Below are positions 30,490-40,154 of a stretch of DNA of 64,000 nucleotides, piece after piece. Source of the DNA: Cenarchaeum sp. (GTDB taxonomy: Archaea; Thermoproteota; Nitrososphaeria; Nitrososphaerales; Nitrosopumilaceae); NCBI GenBank assembly GCA_963693095.2, contig OY843768.1:1024001-1088000 (forward strand), written 5' to 3'. Under the pieces are notes generated by a model. That model searched no databases, was not told where the DNA came from, and was given only the letters and a program-made list of their open reading frames with translations. The stretch's first letter is position 1. Every line of letters begins with the position of its first letter. The position numbers were made by a program, and so were the translations under genes.

Positions 30490-31128
30490 ATGTCCGAGCA
30501 AGAGCACGCCACGCCATGCCCGACGTGCGGGAGCACCAGGGCCGCAGCGGAGGTCGGCAGGGTGCCAAAAAAGGAGATTAGCGCGTATGAAGGCCGGATG
30601 ATTCGGCTCAGGCTCGAGGCCAAGGGCGGGCCACTCGCCCCCATACCGGGATCCGCTGTCCCCATATTCCACGTCCTCTGTGACGCCGGCGTGATTGACT
30701 GTGACATGTCCCCAAAGAACGAGGACAACGACACTCGCCTGTCCCTGAACATGCTGGTCTACTTTGCAAAGCACAGGTTTGGGTGTCCGGGGCTGGAGAG
30801 GTATGTCTTTGATTGGAGCGCGGTGAGCACATTCTCGATGAAGCTAGAGCACGACTTTGATGACATGGCAGAATTTCATTCAGAACCAGCCCAAGAGTGG
30901 GACAGAAAGGCCGAGTTTGTCAAGTTTGCGCGCAAGCACGGCAACGACGTCGAATGGCTCCAGATAGCCTCGGCTATATGTTACATAGAGGACGAGATGA
31001 TGAAGGATTCCGTGACGCTCACGCGAGATGAGATGATCGACGAGGCGTGCCAGTGGTACATATTCCATCCCGAGGCCGTGCCAGGTGTGTACGACGACAT
31101 TGCGGGTTCGCTGTTGAGGACGGGGTGA
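30490..31128 (+). CDS. Hypothetical protein, distant SocA/DUF4065/YwgA-like, paralogue 2
   Basis: Closely similar to 28598-29245 over nearly its whole length, including upstream DNA. Confidence 0.6.
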   Translation: MSEQEHATPCPTCGSTRAAAEVGRVPKKEISAYEGRMIRLRLEAKGGPLAPIPGSAVPIFHVLCDAGVIDCDMSPKNEDNDTRLSLNMLVYFAKHRFGCPGLERYVFDWSAVSTFSMKLEHDFDDMAEFHSEPAQEWDRKAEFVKFARKHGNDVEWLQIASAICYIEDEMMKDSVTLTRDEMIDEACQWYIFHPEAVPGVYDDIAGSLLRTG

Positions 31129-31137
31129 TGAGCAGTC

Positions 31138-31716
31138 GTGAACATGCCAAAAGTCCTCATGTTGTCGCTCCTTCTCATGGGGGCCATAGGCGGAGGACTA
31201 GTCATAATACACGCGAGCTTCCTGATCAACACAGGGAGTCTCTATGGTGCCGTCTCGCTGCTCTCGTCGATCATGGCCCTTGCAGTCGCCACAGTGTACG
31301 GATACTATGCATACCTGCTCGGCGTGTTTAGCTACCAAACTAACCAGCAAGCAGAGAGGTTCCGGCTTGGCGAGGAGACTGATTCGCTGCTCTACTTGCT
31401 TGCCATCCTGTCCATCGTATGCAGGCGCATCATCAAAACACTCGAGACAAAATCTCCGGACACATGTAAAACCACAATTTCAGATTATGACAGGGCGACG
31501 ATTGAAAAGCACGTGTACACGATAAGAAGTGCGATAATCAGCGCAAGGGTGGAGCGCGGCAGCAAGATTCGACCACTGTTCCTAACAGATCGGATGATAA
31601 AAGATCTACAAAGAGACACCCTTAACGTCTTGGACATCCAAAGCGTGCAAAAGTCGGCAATAAACATTGCCAGACACATCGCAGACACGCGGCGCCGGGC
31701 CAAATCGCGCGCCTAG
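31138..31716 (+). CDS. Hypothetical membrane protein
   Basis: Two N-terminal TM segments; starts 9 nt after paralogue 2. Confidence 0.55.
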   Translation: MNMPKVLMLSLLLMGAIGGGLVIIHASFLINTGSLYGAVSLLSSIMALAVATVYGYYAYLLGVFSYQTNQQAERFRLGEETDSLLYLLAILSIVCRRIIKTLETKSPDTCKTTISDYDRATIEKHVYTIRSAIISARVERGSKIRPLFLTDRMIKDLQRDTLNVLDIQSVQKSAINIARHIADTRRRAKSRA

Positions 31717-31835
31717 CCCTGCCCTGCACGCCATGCCACACAGAGCCGCCTAATGCAGCACTGCCCTAGACCCCTAGCGCCCGTGTGCGGCCGGCGCGCC
31801 AATGTTAATTAATGAAGGAGTGCCGCACCGTCGCA

Positions 31836-32846
31836 TTGCGCGTGATACTCTGCGGCTTTGGCGTCGTGGGCCAGAGCCTCGCTAGGCTCCTCGAGTCGAG
31901 GGCAGGCGACCTCTACTCTAGGTTTGGCGTAAAGCCGCGCATAGTCGGAGTGGCTGACAGCGGCGGGGCCGTGGCCGACTCTGCGGGGCTTGACGCATCA
32001 ACGCTAGTGGCCGCAAAGGGGCGCGGCAGGTCAGTGGCCACGTGCGAGGGCGGCGTGGCCGGCCGCACCGGCACCGAGATGATCAAGGACGCCGAGGCCG
32101 ACGTCCTAGTCGAGACGACGAGCAGCAACTATACTGACGCCGAGCCCGGCATGTCACACATCATGACTGCGATGGGCCGCCGCATGCACGTGATATCTGC
32201 CAACAAGGGCCCGCTCGCCCTAGCGTTCCCCTCGCTCATGGAGCTTGCCGGCCACAACGGCGTCTCGCTCAGGTTTGGCGGCACAGTCGGCGGCGGCACG
32301 CCGATACTCGACTATGCAAAGAACAGCCTGCGCGGCGAGCGCATCGTCTCCTTTAGGGGAATACTCAACGGGACGACAAACTATATCCTCACGGGCATGG
32401 CCGGCGGCATGTCATTTGATGACGCGCTAGGGGATGCGAGGTCAAAGGGCTACGTCGAGGCTGATGAGTCACTCGACCTCGACGGCCTCGATGCGGCAGC
32501 AAAGCTCGTCATACTCGCAAACTGGGTCATGGGCATGAAGGTCACGATGCCTGACATTGAGCGCACGGGCATACGCGACGTCAGCGGCGAGGACGTCAGG
32601 CGCGCAGAAGGGGCAGGAAGCGCGATAAAGCTCATAGCGTCATGCGACGGCGTCCTCAGCGTGGGCCCGCGCGAGGTTGGCACAGACGATCCCCTCTGCG
32701 TGAACGGGACGCTCAACGGAATATCATTTGTCTCCGAGCACTCGGGCACGCAAACGATAATCGGGAGGGGTGCCGGCGGGACAGAGACTGCAAGCTCCAT
32801 AGTGCGCGACCTAATTGACATACGGCGGGACATGACGCGGCAATGA
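31836..32846 (+). CDS. hom: Homoserine dehydrogenase
   Basis: GFGVVG, HVISANKGPLA, GILNGTTNYIL, EAD...D.DG.DAAAK, GRGAGG.ETA. Confidence 0.95.
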   Translation: MRVILCGFGVVGQSLARLLESRAGDLYSRFGVKPRIVGVADSGGAVADSAGLDASTLVAAKGRGRSVATCEGGVAGRTGTEMIKDAEADVLVETTSSNYTDAEPGMSHIMTAMGRRMHVISANKGPLALAFPSLMELAGHNGVSLRFGGTVGGGTPILDYAKNSLRGERIVSFRGILNGTTNYILTGMAGGMSFDDALGDARSKGYVEADESLDLDGLDAAAKLVILANWVMGMKVTMPDIERTGIRDVSGEDVRRAEGAGSAIKLIASCDGVLSVGPREVGTDDPLCVNGTLNGISFVSEHSGTQTIIGRGAGGTETASSIVRDLIDIRRDMTRQ

Positions 32847-33316
32847 GGACAGACACGCTCTCAAAGAGCGACACTACCGGACTGGTCGCAAGGATTGCCG
32901 AGCAGTGGCACGGTGTTGGGGCGCCCTCGGCGCGCAACGCAAGGGTCCATCGCCTAGAGGGCTCGCTACTCTACGAGCTAGACGGTGTGCGCGTCCTAGA
33001 GGTCGACGGCGCGCTCTTGCCGTTTCTCGGGCAGGACGAGACGCTAGCTGCATTCCCAAGGGTCACAGTCGACACGGGTGCGGTGAGATTCATGTGCAAT
33101 GGCGCAAACCTCATGCGCCCAGGCATAACAGGCAACACAGAGTTTGCCGCAGATGACATTGTGTGCATTGCCGAGGAGGCCCATGGCAAGTACCTCGCAG
33201 TCGGCCGCGCGCGCGTCGCTAGTGCCGAGGTCGAGACCATGAAGCGCGGCGAGGTCGTCACAAACATGCACTATGTGTCTGACAGGCACTGGAACGCGGC
33301 CAAGGCCATACCCTAG
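32843..33316 (+). CDS. PUA-domain RNA-binding protein (MCTS1/Tma20-like)
   Basis: VDTGAVRFMCNGANLMRPGI; HYVSD..W. Confidence 0.88.
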   Translation: MRTDTLSKSDTTGLVARIAEQWHGVGAPSARNARVHRLEGSLLYELDGVRVLEVDGALLPFLGQDETLAAFPRVTVDTGAVRFMCNGANLMRPGITGNTEFAADDIVCIAEEAHGKYLAVGRARVASAEVETMKRGEVVTNMHYVSDRHWNAAKAIP

Positions 33317-33909
33317 GGCGCTTCGCTAAACTCGCGCGCGCCTTCGGCGTTGACCACCATGACGTCAATGCCATCACCGCTCGCCGTGTCCCTCATCGAG
33401 GCCGAGCGGATCGACTTTTTGGCGAGCGTGACTGCGTCATCTTCTGACATGCCTTCGCGGAACTGTGGATCCAGCACGCCGAGGGCCATCTCGGCGCCGG
33501 TTCCCACTGCGGCATACCTGTCTGGGAGGACCGAGCCTAGTGGGTCTAGCGTGTATATCGACGGCTCGCCGACGACTCCGCCCACGATGACCTGCGTGAG
33601 GAGCGGAAAGAAGCGCCTCTCGTACATCATGTTTGACATCATCTTTGCGACCGTGTTGGGCGGCACGTCCCTCTGTATCTCCATGGCCCGAATCCTCGAG
33701 AGGGCCGCTATCTGGAGCGAGAGTATCTGCATGTCAGCCACGAGGCCCGCGCACGTCGCGCCCACCTTGGGGGTGATCTGGAAGACCTTTTTGGTCGACT
33801 TTGAGACTAGGAGGTTGCCGTAGGCTATGCGCTTTTCGCTCGCAAAGACGACACCGCCGTCAAATATCATGCCGACTGCAGTCGCGCCTGGCATATACAT
33901 GTAGGACAC
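33313..33909 (-). CDS. psmB: Proteasome beta subunit
   Basis: GATAVG, ASEKR, AGLVAD, DPLGS, GTG..MALG, RD..SGDG. Confidence 0.93.
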   Translation of the reverse strand: MSYMYMPGATAVGMIFDGGVVFASEKRIAYGNLLVSKSTKKVFQITPKVGATCAGLVADMQILSLQIAALSRIRAMEIQRDVPPNTVAKMMSNMMYERRFFPLLTQVIVGGVVGEPSIYTLDPLGSVLPDRYAAVGTGAEMALGVLDPQFREGMSEDDAVTLAKKSIRSASMRDTASGDGIDVMVVNAEGAREFSEAP

Positions 33910-34196
33910 GCCCAAGCGGGCCGGGGGGCACAATAAAGGGGTTTCTGCCCGCGCACGCCCCCGTGCGCGCATGATGCGCCCCTGATCGCAGGGTTTTGGC
34001 GTGGATCGCAGGGCGCAGCGCCGCACGAGGCAGGCGGCGCCGCACGGCAGGGCCATCACGCGGCCCCTGCCATGGGCACACTCGTGCGGGCATGAGCCCC
34101 CCTCGGGCGGACCTGCGGCGCGCCGGGACTGGGGCGGGGCGCAGGCCATGTGATCCCAGGCTGGGTCAGCAGGCGATTCTGGCGTGTGCGCGATCG

Positions 34197-35057
34197 CTAC
34201 TCGTACCGGTCAAACTGGACCATCACGCCTGGCAGCTCGTCTATAATGTCAGTTGCGAGCATGTGCGCGCCCAGGCGCTCCTGGATGCGCTCGCCGGCTG
34301 ACGCGTTGACAAAGGCCGCCGCAGTGGCCGCCTGGCGCGCGTTGCGGTTTCGCGCTAGTATCGAGGCCGCAATGCCCGAGAGGACATCGCCGGTCCCGCC
34401 GACAGTCATGGCAGGCGCACGCTTTTGGCACACCACACTCACGCTGCCGTCTGATATCACGTCAGCAGGCCCCTTTAGGAGTATGGTCGTCGAGTGGGCC
34501 GCCGCGCGCGACTCTACAGCGGCAATGCGCGACTCGAGGTCCACGGGCGGCGCCTCGCCAAAGAGGCGCGCATACTCGCCGGCATGCGGCGTGAGCAGGC
34601 AGTTCTTGCCCGATATTGCCGGCAGGATCGCAGCAGAGAGGGCACCGGCATCGAGGACCAGGCGCGTGTCGGCGTCAACGAGTGACGAGACGAGTAGCTC
34701 GAGGGCGCCCTCCTCGGCTACTGCAAGGCCCATGCCGATGGCTGCAGAGTCCATGCCGACAGGGGCAGCCCCCACAAGCTTTCTTGCCGCGCCGCGCGTT
34801 AGCTTTTGGTCGGCGAGCGGGATGACGATAAGGTTGGGCGAGATTGACCGTATCGCCGTGGCGTGGTGCGGCGGAACGGCAGTGTACACGAGGTCAGAGC
34901 CGGCCCTTAGCGCGGCGAGCGACGAGAGCGCAGGCGCGCCATGGTATGTCGTGCCGCCGCCGACGACGAGAACCTTGCCGTTCTGCCCCTTTCTAGAGTC
35001 GATCTTGCGCGGCGGGATGCACTCTCCCACGTCTGCGGCAGTTATGGTCAGCGCCAA
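34197..35057 (-). CDS. nnrD: ADP-dependent NAD(P)H-hydrate dehydratase
   Basis: KGQNGKVLVVGG, LDAGAL, LTPHAGE, GGTGDVLSG. Confidence 0.92.
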   Translation of the reverse strand: MALTITAADVGECIPPRKIDSRKGQNGKVLVVGGGTTYHGAPALSSLAALRAGSDLVYTAVPPHHATAIRSISPNLIVIPLADQKLTRGAARKLVGAAPVGMDSAAIGMGLAVAEEGALELLVSSLVDADTRLVLDAGALSAAILPAISGKNCLLTPHAGEYARLFGEAPPVDLESRIAAVESRAAAHSTTILLKGPADVISDGSVSVVCQKRAPAMTVGGTGDVLSGIAASILARNRNARQAATAAAFVNASAGERIQERLGAHMLATDIIDELPGVMVQFDRYE

Positions 35058-35084
35058 CGTGCCCCCACGGCGAGGCGGGGGGCG

Positions 35085-35906
35085 TTAAGTCCCTTTCGCG
35101 CCATCGGCAGCCGCCTGCGCGCGTGCGCGCCCAAAGTGCGCCTTGCGCGCGTGGCAGAGGTACGCCGTGTGCCCTATGGGCTGGAACGCGTGCCTCGTCT
35201 TGCCCTCCCTGGCGTTTATCGGCCGCAGTATGTGCTCGCTGCACTCAATGTCGGTAAACTCGTTTTGCACAAGCTCGGCAACTAGGCGCTCGAGCTGGTT
35301 GACCGTCGGGCACACCGCAAAGAGCGCGCCGCTGTCGCGCAGCATCTTGCGCGCCTGCGGCAGGACCGTCCACGGATCGCCAAGATCCACTATTACGAGG
35401 TCAGCGCCCGACACTGGCATCCTCTTGGCCGACTTTAGGTCCACCTTGTTGAGCGTCACATAGTCTGACATGCCGGCGCGCTCAATGTTCTTTGCTGCAA
35501 TCTTCATAAACTCCTCATCGACGTCAAACGAGTGGACATGGCCATCAGGCTTTACGATGCTCGCCGCAAATATCGTGAGCGCGCCGCTTCCGGTCCCAAT
35601 CTCTACGACGGTCTGCCCGCCCATGAGCCCAGAGCGGGCCGCGATGTATCCGAGGTCCTTTGGATACACGATCTGCGTGCCGTGCTGGAGCTTCATGATG
35701 TGGTCGTGTGTCGTTGGCCGCAGGAGATAGACGTACTTGTCCTTGTTTGTCACGAGCCTGCTCCCGTAGCGCCGGCCGATCGCCTCACGGTGGTCGATGA
35801 CCCCAATGTGCGTGTGGAGCTGTCCGCCATCAGACATCTTGACTAGCCACTTTTTTGTCCCGTTATAGTAAAAGAGGACGTCATCGCCTGCTGTGATCTT
35901 TTCCAT
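35085..35906 (-). CDS. trmI: tRNA (adenine-N1)-methyltransferase
   Basis: TQIVYPKD, EIGTGSGALT, DLGDPW, GHTAYL. Confidence 0.93.
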   Translation of the reverse strand: MEKITAGDDVLFYYNGTKKWLVKMSDGGQLHTHIGVIDHREAIGRRYGSRLVTNKDKYVYLLRPTTHDHIMKLQHGTQIVYPKDLGYIAARSGLMGGQTVVEIGTGSGALTIFAASIVKPDGHVHSFDVDEEFMKIAAKNIERAGMSDYVTLNKVDLKSAKRMPVSGADLVIVDLGDPWTVLPQARKMLRDSGALFAVCPTVNQLERLVAELVQNEFTDIECSEHILRPINAREGKTRHAFQPIGHTAYLCHARKAHFGRARAQAAADGAKGT

Positions 35907-35958
35907 CTGCGCGCGCGCGATGCGCACGGTGTAATATATCCACGCGGTGCGATATGGC

Positions 35959-37845
35959 CTACATGCGTCCAGGAAGCGGGATTCCGAGGTGGGCCGCGAC
36001 GCCCTCGAGTGTGACCCTGAACGAGGTGACCAGCTCGACTCGTGCGGCCGTGGCTGCGCTGCCCCCGTCCCCGCCGGCAACCCTGACATGCTCATAGAAC
36101 GAGTTGAACGTGACGGCGAGATCGTGGGCGTATCGCGCAAGAACCTTGGGCGAGAGGCCGGCGGCTGCGCCGCGCAGTGCGACCCCAAGCGAGCCTATCG
36201 CCATGACGAGGGCGCGCTCGTGGGAGCCTGCGAGTGCCCCATAGTCTGCCTTGCCGTGGCCGATCCCCGCCTTTTCGAGCACACGGATCGCGCGCGCGTG
36301 CGAGTACTGGAGGTATGCGGCCGTGTCGCCGTCAAGGCTGAGCGAGCGCGCCAAGTCAAACGTTATGGCCCTGTCGAGATCCTGCCGGACCATCTCGTAG
36401 CGGATTGCGCCCACTGCGATCTGCTCGGCGATCGCGCGCACCTCGGCAGCGTCCATCCCCTCGTTGCGCCCAGAGGTCTCAGCCGTTGCGCGCTCGAGGA
36501 GCGAGTCGAGGACAGAGTCAGCGCCCACATAGAGTCCCCGCCGACCGGACATCTGGACGCTCTTGCCCCCCGTGGCCAGGCCAATGCCCTGGGCCGTCTC
36601 GGCGCTAAGCGTGACTGACTCGTATGCGAGGTGCACGTATGCGCCCTCGGCGATGCCAAAAAAGCGGCGCAGGAGCGACTCGATGATCGCCTGGAGGCGC
36701 GACTGGCGCGAGTCTATGACCGTTATGACGCGCCCTGCTGACATGTCGCGTGCCCTGCCGCCTGAATCCCGCAGCGCCGTGCAGAGCAGCGAGCGATCAG
36801 GCTGGTCAGGCACATACGCGACGTACTCAAAGGGGTCATCGACGAGGCCCAGCTTCCATGCGGCATACGGTATGTCCTTGGCCATGTATGTCGCCGTCCC
36901 GCCGCTCCTGACTAGAACCTTGTCATCATCGTCCTCGCCAGTACCGGGAACAGTCCAGCAGCCGGCGTTCTTGCCGTCTGTCTCGAGGCGAACCGTTCGC
37001 GCATCCTTGAGGCGCGCAAATATCTCGTCCCACATGCCAGAGCGCAGTATGTGAGACTCAAAGTTGAGGCAGTCGTACCGTGCGCCCACGCGCCAGCACG
37101 TCTGAAGCTGCGAGTCGAGGATCATGCGCGTTAGCCTGTCAGCAAGCCTGGCCTCCTCGGTTCCATCACGCTCCATTGCTGCCAGGATCTCGCCGGCCTC
37201 GCGCTTTAGGCCCTCGTCCTCCCCTATGCGGGCCATTGCGCCCACATACACAGTGTCGCCACAGTACGCGTCAAACTTTTGGCCGTCTGGTGGCGACTCG
37301 TCAAAGCCGAGGCGCGTAAAGCCGAGTATGAGGTTTGCGACCTGCAGGCCAGAGTCATCGACATAGTTGAGCGTGCGCACGTCATGGTTTGTGGCAGCAA
37401 GTATGCGCGCCACGGTGTCGCCCACGATGACGTTGCGCAGGTGACCTATGTGGAGAGCCTTGTTTGGGTTTACGCTAGTGTGCTCCACGGTGACGCGCTT
37501 TCCGTGGCCAATGTCGGCCCTGCAGTACGTGTCCTGCTGTGATGCGGCGATCGTCTCGGCGGCCAGTTCTGCCGCATCGGCAAAAAAGTTGATGTGGCCA
37601 GACGCATGGGCCTCAACTCGCCCAACGAGGCGGCGCGGCTTGCACGAGCGCGCAATGTCTGCGGCAATCTCGCGCGGCGCGCGGTGCGCAGAGCGCGCAA
37701 GGAGGAACGCCACGTTGGAGGAGACGTCGCCAAACCCCGGCCTCGCCGAGGGCTCGATGCCATAATCGGGCCCGTCAAGGCCGAGCTCGCCCACGGCCGA
37801 GTCGACCATTGCGCGGGCCTCAGAGGTGAGCGCATCGAGGGTCAT
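35959..37845 (-). CDS. argS: Arginine--tRNA ligase
   Basis: EHTSVNPNKALHIGHLRN, MSGRRG, GDTAAYLQYSHAR. Confidence 0.95.
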   Translation of the reverse strand: MTLDALTSEARAMVDSAVGELGLDGPDYGIEPSARPGFGDVSSNVAFLLARSAHRAPREIAADIARSCKPRRLVGRVEAHASGHINFFADAAELAAETIAASQQDTYCRADIGHGKRVTVEHTSVNPNKALHIGHLRNVIVGDTVARILAATNHDVRTLNYVDDSGLQVANLILGFTRLGFDESPPDGQKFDAYCGDTVYVGAMARIGEDEGLKREAGEILAAMERDGTEEARLADRLTRMILDSQLQTCWRVGARYDCLNFESHILRSGMWDEIFARLKDARTVRLETDGKNAGCWTVPGTGEDDDDKVLVRSGGTATYMAKDIPYAAWKLGLVDDPFEYVAYVPDQPDRSLLCTALRDSGGRARDMSAGRVITVIDSRQSRLQAIIESLLRRFFGIAEGAYVHLAYESVTLSAETAQGIGLATGGKSVQMSGRRGLYVGADSVLDSLLERATAETSGRNEGMDAAEVRAIAEQIAVGAIRYEMVRQDLDRAITFDLARSLSLDGDTAAYLQYSHARAIRVLEKAGIGHGKADYGALAGSHERALVMAIGSLGVALRGAAAGLSPKVLARYAHDLAVTFNSFYEHVRVAGGDGGSAATAARVELVTSFRVTLEGVAAHLGIPLPGRM

Positions 37846-37964
37846 TTGGGCCTGCCCCGCTGCCCGCGTGGCCGTGTCCTGCCGCACCCACATGATCTCC
37901 GCAATGCCTGTCGCGCGCGGCACACACGGCAACAATATTAAGAATAGCCCCACGCGCGCGCCGT

Positions 37965-39071
37965 GTGGGAATCCCCGAAAAGATCAAGGCCATACAGGAC
38001 GAGATGGCACGCACGCAGATCAACAAGGCCACCGAACACCACCTTGGCCTCCTGCGCGCAAAGATAGCGAGGCTCAAGCGCGAGCAGGAGGACGCGGCAT
38101 CTGGCGGTGCCCAGGATTCTGAGGGCTTTGACGTAAGGCGCACTGGGGACGCGACAGTCGTCTTTATCGGCCTTCCAAGCGTCGGCAAGTCGACGCTGCT
38201 CAATGCGCTCACCGGGGCAAAGTCAACAGTTGGCGCATTCCAGTTCACGACACTCACTGTTGTTCCCGGAATGATGGAGTACAAGGGTGCGCGCATTCAG
38301 GTTCTTGACCTGCCCGGAATAATAAAGGGCGCATCAACAGGGCGCGGAATGGGAAAACGAATGCTCGCCGTTGCCAGAAATGCAGACCTTGTGCTGCTTG
38401 TGCTCGACGTGTTCCAGCCATACCATGAGGATGTCCTAGTCAACGAGCTTGGAAACGTTGGCATTCGCCTAAACCAGGATCCGCCAAACATAACTATTGA
38501 AAAGACGCACAGTGGCGGGATAGCCATTGCGCAGCAGGTTCACCTCACAAAGACGACGGAGCGTCTCCTCACTGACGTCCTCCACGTGTATGGCATCAAC
38601 AGTGCGCGCGTCGTCATAAGGGAGGACGTGACCTCAGACCAGATCATAGACCGCATATCAGGCAACAGGACGTACGCCAAGGCCCTCACCATCGTCAACA
38701 AGATAGACCTCGTCGACGCGGATTTCCTCGATGCCATGCGAAAGAAGGTAAAGGCCGGACACCTCGAGGTCTCAGCAGACACGGGAGCCGGAGTCGAGGA
38801 GCTCAAGGATCGCATATACGCCGAGCTCAGGTTCATACGCATCTACATGAGGCCAAAGGGCGGCAAGACCGACTATGTCGAGCCGCTCATAATGAGGGAG
38901 GGCGACACCGTCGGTGACGTGTGCGACAAGCTCCACCGGACGATGAGGCGCAAGTTCCGCTATGCGATGATCTGGGGCAGCAGCGTAAAGTTTGGCGGCC
39001 AGCGCATAGGCATAGAGCACAAGCTCCATGACGAGGACGTCCTGACCATAATCAAGGCCCAGTGGGCATGA
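37965..39071 (+). CDS. DRG/OBG-family GTPase with TGS domain
   Basis: NKATEHHLG, GLPSVGKST, FTTLT, DLPG, NKID. Confidence 0.95.
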   Translation: MGIPEKIKAIQDEMARTQINKATEHHLGLLRAKIARLKREQEDAASGGAQDSEGFDVRRTGDATVVFIGLPSVGKSTLLNALTGAKSTVGAFQFTTLTVVPGMMEYKGARIQVLDLPGIIKGASTGRGMGKRMLAVARNADLVLLVLDVFQPYHEDVLVNELGNVGIRLNQDPPNITIEKTHSGGIAIAQQVHLTKTTERLLTDVLHVYGINSARVVIREDVTSDQIIDRISGNRTYAKALTIVNKIDLVDADFLDAMRKKVKAGHLEVSADTGAGVEELKDRIYAELRFIRIYMRPKGGKTDYVEPLIMREGDTVGDVCDKLHRTMRRKFRYAMIWGSSVKFGGQRIGIEHKLHDEDVLTIIKAQWA

Positions 39072-39250
39072 TTTTGCGGCCATGGGATGCGCAAATACGC
39101 GTAAAATGCGCCATTTTGGCAGCCAAACTGCGCAGTGATCGTGATCGCAGTGCTGTGATCTTGCGCCAAATTTCGTTTACTATTTGTTATCAAATTGTGT
39201 AATAATGTTTAGTATTGCTTTAGAAAAACTATGAGTTGTCCGTAAACGTA

Positions 39251-39709
39251 ATGGCTACCAAGAGAAAAGCAGTCTCTAGGAAACGCACCTCAACGAAGAG
39301 AAGGACGACTAGGAAGACGACAAGAAAGACGACTAGGAAGACAACTAGGAAAACGACAAGAAAGACGACTAGGAAGACAACTAGGAAAACGACAAGAAAG
39401 ACGACTAGGAAGACACGAAAGACCACGACAAAGAGGACCGCTACCAAGAGGCGTACAACGCGACGCAAGACAACCGCAAAGGCAAAGCCCACACGGAGGC
39501 GCAGGCGAAAGTCTGTGACTGCGGCGGCAAAGCCCAAGCGCACGGTGAGGAGACGCAGGCGAAAGTCGGCAACCTCAACGGCAAAGCCCAAGCGCACGGT
39601 GAGGAGGCGTAGACGAAAGTCAACGACTGCAAAGCCCGCAACGCGCAGGCGTCGTCGTACGACCAAGACTGCTGCAGCCCCAAAGAAACGCAGGCGAAGG
39701 CGAGCATAG
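39251..39709 (+). CDS. Extremely basic Arg/Lys/Thr-rich repeat protein (histone H1/protamine-like)
   Basis: 152 aa with no acidic or aromatic residues; own AT-rich promoter region and terminator. Confidence 0.8.
   Translation: MATKRKAVSRKRTSTKRRTTRKTTRKTTRKTTRKTTRKTTRKTTRKTTRKTTRKTRKTTTKRTATKRRTTRRKTTAKAKPTRRRRRKSVTAAAKPKRTVRRRRRKSATSTAKPKRTVRRRRRKSTTAKPATRRRRRTTKTAAAPKKRRRRRA
39305..39412 (+). repeat. 9 x 12-bp tandem repeat encoding TTRK, with 36-bp higher-order period
   Basis: Synonymous variants ACGACTAGGAAG / ACAACTAGGAAA / ACGACAAGAAAG cycle. Confidence 0.92.
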
Positions 39710-39729
39710 CCGCCATCACCTAAACTAGG

Positions 39730-39751
39730 GTCGCTTTTAGCGACTTTTTTT
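39730..39751 (+). terminator. Hairpin plus T-tract terminator
   Basis: GTCGCT-TTT-AGCGAC followed by T7, 20 nt after the stop. Confidence 0.65.
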
Positions 39752-39786
39752 CCATTATTTTACATTTATTCCGTTAAAGACCCTGC

Positions 39787-40074
39787 CTACTTGAACATCT
39801 GCCTTGGCGGGGGCGGGGACTCTGCCTTGCCCTTTATGTTGCCCCTCGGAACCGTGAACGTTCGCTCGGCAGGAAGAACAGATATCTTTACTGACGTGTT
39901 TATCGCGTAGTGCGGCGTCCCGTCTGGATTTGTATAGTTGGTCGCCTTGCCGACCCTGTCGAGGTCCACCTTTACCTTTACAATCGTGTCATCCTCTAGC
40001 TTGAAGGACATGAACTCGTTCTCGAGTCGCGCGTGGTCTAGCATGCGAAACTCGACCTTGTCGTCAGGAGGCAT
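39787..40074 (-). CDS. Conserved hypothetical protein
   Basis: 95-aa ORF (MPPDDKVEF...) with host-like codon use. Confidence 0.65.
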   Translation of the reverse strand: MPPDDKVEFRMLDHARLENEFMSFKLEDDTIVKVKVDLDRVGKATNYTNPDGTPHYAINTSVKISVLPAERTFTVPRGNIKGKAESPPPPRQMFK

Positions 40075-40154
40075 CAACGCGCGTGGCGGCTCCCGAGCTA
40101 TTTCAACATAACGGCCTGTGCGCGCACCATGACCAAGCGAATCGCGCACATGCG

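Noticed and set aside
13100-31800. Integrative element or provirus
   Set aside because: No integrase, tRNA/att repeat or virion genes recognised; treated as a defence island
39305-39412. CRISPR array
   Set aside because: 12-bp coding tandem units without spacers; no cas genes
39229-39666. Hydrophobic VVFL-repeat ORF
   Set aside because: Antisense of the TTRK gene; promoter and terminator favour the + strand
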